Source of the DNA: Candidatus Krumholzibacteriia bacterium
Lineage (GTDB): Bacteria; Krumholzibacteriota; Krumholzibacteriia; LZORAL124-64-63
Length of the DNA stretch: 64,000 nt
NCBI GenBank assembly: GCA_046484865.1
Contig: JAWOID010000135.1
Location: 1 to 64,000 of the forward strand
Direction: 5' to 3'
Position 1 is the first letter of the stretch. Each line of letters opens with the position of its first letter. A program made the translations under genes and the position numbers. This document shows, piece after piece, positions 58,584-64,000 of this stretch. The notes below the pieces were generated by a model. That model made no database searches. It had not been told where the DNA came from and saw only the letters and a program-made list of their open reading frames with translations.

Positions 58584-61500
58584 TCAGGTCCGGCCCTTGC
58601 CCGCCTCGAGGATCCGGCAGTAGAGGTTCAGCCGCTCCATCGCCTCCACCGATCCGCACGATGCCGACGCCAGACCCGGCGCGCCCACGACGATCGCGAG
58701 GCTCTTCGCCCGGCTGATGGCCACGTTCAGGCGGTTGCGGTTCAGCAGGAACTCCAAACCGCGCGGGGCCGCGTCGGCTGAGCTGGCGCACATAGAGACG
58801 ATCACGACCGGAGCTTCCTGCCCCTGGAACTTGTCGACGGTGCCGACCCGCGCTCCGTCCGGCAGCGCGCGGCGGAGCCGGCGCACCTGCATGTTGTAGG
58901 GCGCGACGACCAGGATGTCGTCGAGCGTGATCGGCCGCGACGAGCCGATCCCGGGCGTCCAGGCGCAGCGGAGAAGCTCCTGCACGGCCGCGACGATCGC
59001 CTCCACCTCCTCGTCGCTCGCCTGGGTGTTGCCTTCGTGCTCCACCGGCAGGAAGACCAGCCCGGCTCCGCGCGGGACCGGACCGTCAGGCCAGTCCGGA
59101 CCGTCCGGACCGTCCGGACCGTCCGGACCGTCCGGACCGCCCGCACCGCCACACACGACCACCCTCTCCGCCGTGTGCTCCTCCGGTCGCAGGCGCCCCT
59201 CGTAGACCGCCCCGGAGATAAACTCGCAGAGTTCGGGATGCAGGCGCCACGTCTTCGCCAGGAAGATGCCGAGATCGTCCGGGATGGTGGCGTGATCCTC
59301 GAGCAGGTACGCCAGCGCCGACTGCCCGCTCTCCCCCGGGTGCGAGCCCTTCATCGGCTGGCCGAGCTGCATCTGGTCGCCGAGCAGGATCAGGTTGCGC
59401 GCGGCGCGGGACATGGCCACCAGGTTGGCCACTGACACCTGACCGGCCTCGTCGACGAAGAGATAATCCAGCCGATCCTCCAGGTCGGGGCGGGAGAAGA
59501 ACCAGGCTGTGCCGGCGATCAATCCGCCGTCGAAGGCCGCGGCGGCGTCGCTCGATCCGAGGCAGAGCAGGTCGGGGTACTTCCTGCAGATGTCGTCGGT
59601 GTCCTTCTCTCCGACCTTGATCCCAACGAGGTGTCTGTCCTGCCGGTCCCCGACCGCGTCGAGCAGGTTGTGGATGGCCTTGTGGCTGTTCGACGTGACG
59701 CCCACGGACTTTCCGTCGGCCAGGAGCTGCGCGATCATCGATGAGCCGGTGTAGGTCTTGCCCGAGCCGGGCGGCCCCTGGATGCACAAGGTGGTGCCGT
59801 CCAGAGCCTGCGCGATCCGGACCGCCCCTGCGCACGAGTCCTCATCCGGTTTCAGGAGCGGCCCGCCGCCATGGCCCCGGATCCGCGGGGGCTTGCGATG
59901 GAGGAACGTCTCCAGGCATCCGGACAACCCGCCGCTCGTTGCGTACGCGGTCACGACGTCGTCGATGGCCGCCTCGATGGGCGCCGGCGAGATCCACTCG
60001 TTGGGGATCAAGCAGAGGTCGCGGGGTGGCCCATCGCCGAGCCGACTCCGTGCACTGGGGCCGAGCACGACCAGGACGCGGCCCTCGTCCGTCATCTGGG
60101 CCACCGTGGCCTTGATCGCGAGATCGTGGGCGAAGATGACCTTGTCGCCGGCCGCGATCTTCGTGTCCTGGTCGGGGTCGTAGCGGTACCAGTAGCCGAT
60201 CGAGCGGGCGAGCGGGATCGGCGAATCAGGCTCGCGCACCAGGCCGCCCAGGCAGTGGACATCCTCGCACAGTTCCTCCGCAGTCATGGCGTGGCGGTCG
60301 AACATCGCCCACCAGACCGGCTTCGACTCGCGGCGGTGGAACTCGAGCAGATGGGCCAGGAGTTCCTGGACCCGCCAGCTTTCGGGGTCGGCGCCCCGTG
60401 CCTGCTCGTTCCTGGGGATCTCATCCAGGAGCCGGGCGGCCAGTTCCTTGCGACGGACGACCTCCGGCGACAGTTCCTTCGGCTCGGTCTCCGATCCGTC
60501 CCGCGGCGGGATCCAGCCGATCCCGGCCTCGGCCTGCCGCGCGCGCAGCCACTCGGCCAAGAGGACCGTGGAGCGGCAGTCGTCGGCGTTGTAGTCGCGG
60601 ATGCCCTTCAGGATCGGCGACTCGCGCCAGTCCCTCGACTCGCCTGACTCGAGCCAGCGCTCGAACGCGACCAGAGAAGCGCCGGCGTCGGTAACCTCGC
60701 CGTCGCGTTGGTCGAGGTAGAGGTGCTCCACGTTCTTGATCGAGAAGGCCGGCTCGCCGATCCGCAGGCCCTCGCGGACCACGCGGTAGAGATCGACGAA
60801 GACGTGCCCACGCAGGAGATCGTCCACCTCGTCCTCGCGGGTTCCGTAGCGCCCCATCAACCGCCGGACTGCGGTCGTTTCGTACGGGGCGTAGTGGTAC
60901 ACGTGCATCGTCGGGTCGCGCCGGCGGCGCTCGACCACCCAGTCGACGAAGGACTCGAAGGCGCGCTGCTCCGATTCGGGATCGAAGGCCCACCAGTCCT
61001 CGAACCGGATCTCCCCGTCTTCGCGGTAGCTGGCCCCGAACAGGTACTCGAGGCCGTCGATCACGAGCGGGTAGCCCTCGATGTCGAAGAAGACGTCCCT
61101 CGGCGACGGCGGCGGCAAGCAGGCGAGGCCGCGGCGCGGGTCGTCCGGATCCGGTTCGAGCAGCCGGTACTCGGGTCGGTCGCGGCCGGCCGAGGCGCGC
61201 TGCAGCGCCGCCTGCTCCTTGAGGGTGGCGAACATGCCGTCGTCGAGGCGCGGCACGCGCGGCAGGTCCGTGGTGGCGAGCGCTTCGAGCGTCGTGATTC
61301 CCGCCGCCTGCAGCTTGCGGATCTGGGTCTGGCGGATGTTCGCGACGCGGCAGAGGTGATCGGCGTCCTCGAGCAGCTTCTCCGCGTGCGACGCCCAGCG
61401 GCCGTGGTTCGCGCCGGGTTCGGGGAACGGCGGTGCATCGGGATCGAACGCCGCGAACCGCTCGAGATAGGCGTCGCGCAGGTGGCGATAGTAGTAGAAG

Positions 61501-62033
61501 AAGTCCTCCGTCCGGAACGCGCGCTGCTCGTTCGTGCCGAGGACCACCTGCACCCGGTCCGGTCGCCGGCCCTGGAGCGGCTCGAGCATGTCGGCGTAGG
61601 CGCAGAGCTGGACCAGGAAGTACGGCCGTGCCTTGCGCGCGAGCTTCGTGTCCCACACCTCGTAGAGGCCCGTCTTCGGGTCCCGAACGAGAAAGTCGGC
61701 CAGGCCGGCGAAGCCATCACGGGCGAGGTAGGCCTGGTAGATGAGGTCGCGGCCCTGGGCGATGGCCTGTGCGGTGGCGGCGGAGGCGTCGGCGTCTGGG
61801 GCGCGTTCGATGGAGCAGACGTCGCGGCCTTGCGCCTTCAGAGAGGCGAGGAACGCCTCCTCGTGCTGCACGCCCTTGCGCATGATGAGGGCAGCCTGCT
61901 CGTCCGGCTGGTCGGGACCAGGCCGGTCGGGGAAGTCCAGATGCAGGCGGTCCATGAAGCTCGCGAAGGGAGACTCCATGAAGGTGATGAGGTCGCTGGG
62001 GGAGTGGAGGTAGGCGCCGCGTACTATTCGCAT
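58584..62033 (-). CDS. TM0106-family RecB-like nuclease / RNase H-like / SF1 helicase fusion
   Basis: GLADFL...YEVWDTKLAR, FFDIEG, YNADDC, QGPPGSGKT, VDEAGQ, GDQMQL, TVDKFQGQE, RLNVAISRAK. Confidence 0.92.
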   Translation of the reverse strand: MRIVRGAYLHSPSDLITFMESPFASFMDRLHLDFPDRPGPDQPDEQAALIMRKGVQHEEAFLASLKAQGRDVCSIERAPDADASAATAQAIAQGRDLIYQAYLARDGFAGLADFLVRDPKTGLYEVWDTKLARKARPYFLVQLCAYADMLEPLQGRRPDRVQVVLGTNEQRAFRTEDFFYYYRHLRDAYLERFAAFDPDAPPFPEPGANHGRWASHAEKLLEDADHLCRVANIRQTQIRKLQAAGITTLEALATTDLPRVPRLDDGMFATLKEQAALQRASAGRDRPEYRLLEPDPDDPRRGLACLPPPSPRDVFFDIEGYPLVIDGLEYLFGASYREDGEIRFEDWWAFDPESEQRAFESFVDWVVERRRRDPTMHVYHYAPYETTAVRRLMGRYGTREDEVDDLLRGHVFVDLYRVVREGLRIGEPAFSIKNVEHLYLDQRDGEVTDAGASLVAFERWLESGESRDWRESPILKGIRDYNADDCRSTVLLAEWLRARQAEAGIGWIPPRDGSETEPKELSPEVVRRKELAARLLDEIPRNEQARGADPESWRVQELLAHLLEFHRRESKPVWWAMFDRHAMTAEELCEDVHCLGGLVREPDSPIPLARSIGYWYRYDPDQDTKIAAGDKVIFAHDLAIKATVAQMTDEGRVLVVLGPSARSRLGDGPPRDLCLIPNEWISPAPIEAAIDDVVTAYATSGGLSGCLETFLHRKPPRIRGHGGGPLLKPDEDSCAGAVRIAQALDGTTLCIQGPPGSGKTYTGSSMIAQLLADGKSVGVTSNSHKAIHNLLDAVGDRQDRHLVGIKVGEKDTDDICRKYPDLLCLGSSDAAAAFDGGLIAGTAWFFSRPDLEDRLDYLFVDEAGQVSVANLVAMSRAARNLILLGDQMQLGQPMKGSHPGESGQSALAYLLEDHATIPDDLGIFLAKTWRLHPELCEFISGAVYEGRLRPEEHTAERVVVCGGAGGPDGPDGPDGPDGPDWPDGPVPRGAGLVFLPVEHEGNTQASDEEVEAIVAAVQELLRCAWTPGIGSSRPITLDDILVVAPYNMQVRRLRRALPDGARVGTVDKFQGQEAPVVIVSMCASSADAAPRGLEFLLNRNRLNVAISRAKSLAIVVGAPGLASASCGSVEAMERLNLYCRILEAGKGRT

Positions 62034-62172
62034 GGCAGCTCTTGCTCTCTCGGGAGGCGGGATACTCGACGGGTGAATTCAGGTGCTCGGGTACCCGATT
62101 CACAATATGAGCCCTACTCGTTCCATTTAGTGGAACGGTTCTGCCGTTTGGCGACCGGGCTCGGGTGGTAAT

Positions 62173-63111
62173 TCACGCCACGAATTCGTTCTCGCGGTGC
62201 CATCTCAGAGCGGTTGGATCGGGACGCAATGCCGCCCGCCGCGGCAGCGCCACCTCGTGTCCGTGCCAGGCGTAGTAGACCTTGCCGTTGTCGTACTCGT
62301 CCCTCAGGCGCCGGCTCACGACGAACCGGTTGTCTTCGTCGATCGTCACGTAGCCGGCATCGAAGAGTCGGTGGATGTCCGACCGCAGGCAGATACCGTT
62401 CGAGACGTCGTGCGCGCCACCCTGCGAGTAGCTCCGTATGTGCGCCGCCTCGAGGACCGGAAGCGAGTGCTCGGTCGACACGGCGCAGGTCCGTCCGTAT
62501 GCATCGAGCACGGCGATGCGGAATGCACCCTGCCCCAGTCTCGGCCGCGTCAGAACGGGCTCGCCGTACCGATCGGCCTCGTGGAACACGGTCGCATCTG
62601 CAGCCAGGCCGGCTCCGCGCATGCCCGCTGCAACCGCCCGGCACTCCGACCAGATCCGCGCCCCTTCGCCCTGCGAGAGTTCGTAGGTCTTGCCTTGCAC
62701 GATGTTCCGGGCGTAGTCGCGCGGGATCCGGATCCAGTCTGCGTCGTCGAAGAACACGCAACCAGACAAAACGATGCAGCCGATCTCGAAGGATCCCGGG
62801 CGACCGTCGGCCTTCGCCGTCCTCCGCAACCGCTGGATGTTGCCGGACATCGCGCCGAAGCTTGGTGCGCCGTTCCCCTCGCCGAATGTCTGCCAGGCGA
62901 GCCAGGCCGGCAAGACCGAGTGGTGGGCGAAGAACCCGATTCCGGCGATCGCGTTGTACGGCTGCTTGAGCTTGAGGAAGAACGGCGCTCCGGGCGAAAC
63001 GGCCCGGAAAGCGCGACCGCCCGACGGCTGCCAGAAGTTCACCTCGTCGAGGCGGCGATCCCTCAGGAAGGAGAACCAGGTGAAGTCGGTGTTGGCGACG
63101 TAGCCGAGCAT
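62173..63111 (-). CDS. HNH endonuclease (putative restriction endonuclease)
   Basis: YVANTD..WF.FL, EVNFWQP, RLGQGAFR, CAVS...LEAAHI......H.VSNGICLRSDIHRLFD; ATG 63111. Confidence 0.9.
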   Translation of the reverse strand: MLGYVANTDFTWFSFLRDRRLDEVNFWQPSGGRAFRAVSPGAPFFLKLKQPYNAIAGIGFFAHHSVLPAWLAWQTFGEGNGAPSFGAMSGNIQRLRRTAKADGRPGSFEIGCIVLSGCVFFDDADWIRIPRDYARNIVQGKTYELSQGEGARIWSECRAVAAGMRGAGLAADATVFHEADRYGEPVLTRPRLGQGAFRIAVLDAYGRTCAVSTEHSLPVLEAAHIRSYSQGGAHDVSNGICLRSDIHRLFDAGYVTIDEDNRFVVSRRLRDEYDNGKVYYAWHGHEVALPRRAALRPDPTALRWHRENEFVA

Positions 63112-63250
63112 GATGTATCCCGGGTGGCGCGCTTGCGAACCGATCGCCTGCGTTCGCTCCGCCGCCGCAACCATCCTCGGCGCGCATCTCTGGGCGGGGG
63201 CGAATCGCTGGTGGACAAGCGTAGTCGGGCAGCGGCATCCTGTAAACGCC

Positions 63251-63290
63251 TGATCAGCCTACTGAACAGCCGACGTGTGAACAGCCGACG
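63251..63290 (+). repeat. short direct repeats upstream of the OMP gene
   Basis: TGAACAGCCGACG at 63263 and 63278, degenerate TGATCAGCCTAC at 63251. Confidence 0.55.
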
Positions 63291-63318
63291 AGACGCTGAC
63301 GGTGGAGGGGATGTCGTG

Positions 63319-64000
63319 ATGATGCGTTCGGCCCTGGGAATCTGGGTCCTGGTGGTGTTGCTCACCGCACCTGTGGCCGCCGGCAGCGCGGAGACCGACC
63401 GCGAGATCGGCTGGGACCGCTTCGAGGTCGGAGTGGTCGCGGGCCTCAGCCGCGGGCACTACCGGGGCGACATCGAATCCGAGCGCGACGAAGGCGTTGC
63501 GGCCGGCCTCGTGGCGAAGCTGCGGACGTCCCGCTGGTTCTCCGTCGGCGCCGAACTCCTCTACGTCGACAAGCGGGCCGCCCATGTGCACACCGGCACG
63601 TGGTACGCTTTCGAGAGCGGCCAATGGCTGGACGTCTACTCGCGGGCGCGCTTCCAGTGGCTCGAGGTACCGCTGCTGTTCCGCTTCGTCTCTCCGCCGG
63701 GAACCTACCTCGTGATCGGCGCCTCGACGAGCATCCTGCTCGATCACAGCGACGAGTACGAGGAGGACTATCCCTGGGACGACCTCGCGGCCGGCTGGGG
63801 CTCCAACGTGGGCGGCCGCTACACGATCCTCGATCGACCCCCGGACGTGGATTCCGCCGCCATCGTCGGCGTCGGGCAGGAGATCCAGGTGGGCAACGGA
63901 ACGGTCGCGCTGGAGGTCCGCTACCACCGTGGACTGCGCGACCTGAACAAGGCCAGCTCTCTCGAACTGCACATCGACGCCCTGCTGGCGACGATCGCGG
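63319..64000 (+). CDS. PorT-like / porin-family outer-membrane beta-barrel, runs off the window edge
   Basis: Not in the ORF track; GGAGGGG RBS, MMRSALGIWVLVVLLTAPVAA signal, GVVAGLS, AELLYVDK, WLEVPLLFRF, LEVRYHRGL. Confidence 0.8.
   Translation, partial: MMRSALGIWVLVVLLTAPVAAGSAETDREIGWDRFEVGVVAGLSRGHYRGDIESERDEGVAAGLVAKLRTSRWFSVGAELLYVDKRAAHVHTGTWYAFESGQWLDVYSRARFQWLEVPLLFRFVSPPGTYLVIGASTSILLDHSDEYEEDYPWDDLAAGWGSNVGGRYTILDRPPDVDSAAIVGVGQEIQVGNGTVALEVRYHRGLRDLNKASSLELHIDALLATIA

Overview
GC-rich (roughly 70% by eye) bacterial chromosomal window. FlgD/T9SS-like C-terminal domains, PorV- and PorT-like barrels and a C-terminal TWxxVKxxYR motif suggest an FCB-superphylum candidate lineage such as Krumholzibacteriota/Latescibacterota (inference). 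Main content: (i) a 15.5-kb minus-strand cluster encoding a 2255-aa Ig-repeat surface protein with a sorting-type CTD, a PorV/PorQ-like barrel, a 1006-aa TPR protein, ExbB, two ExbDs (one with Asn at the essential Asp), TonB and an OmpA-like protein, with two good sigma54 -24/-12 promoters; (ii) a candidate ~160-nt rod-shaped ncRNA just downstream of it; (iii) PilZ protein, glgX, orphan exbD, cysteine desulfurase, Rrf2 regulator and an OMP; (iv) a small secreted protein coupled to a TPR-sigma54 activator, sharing a low-GC block, downstream of a palindromic repeat array; (v) KamA-like radical SAM enzyme, hydrolases, kynureninase and a methanethiol-oxidase-type cluster (SBP56/MtoX-SCO-MauG) with a divergent AraC; (vi) two CTD-bearing S8 proteases, one flanked by ~100-bp direct repeats; (vii) a MerR-VWA pair, OsmC, a patch of gene fragments, and an HNH nuclease next to a TM0106 nuclease-helicase. 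No tRNA, rRNA, CRISPR array or transposase was recognised. All calls come from motif reading by eye; no database searches were run.
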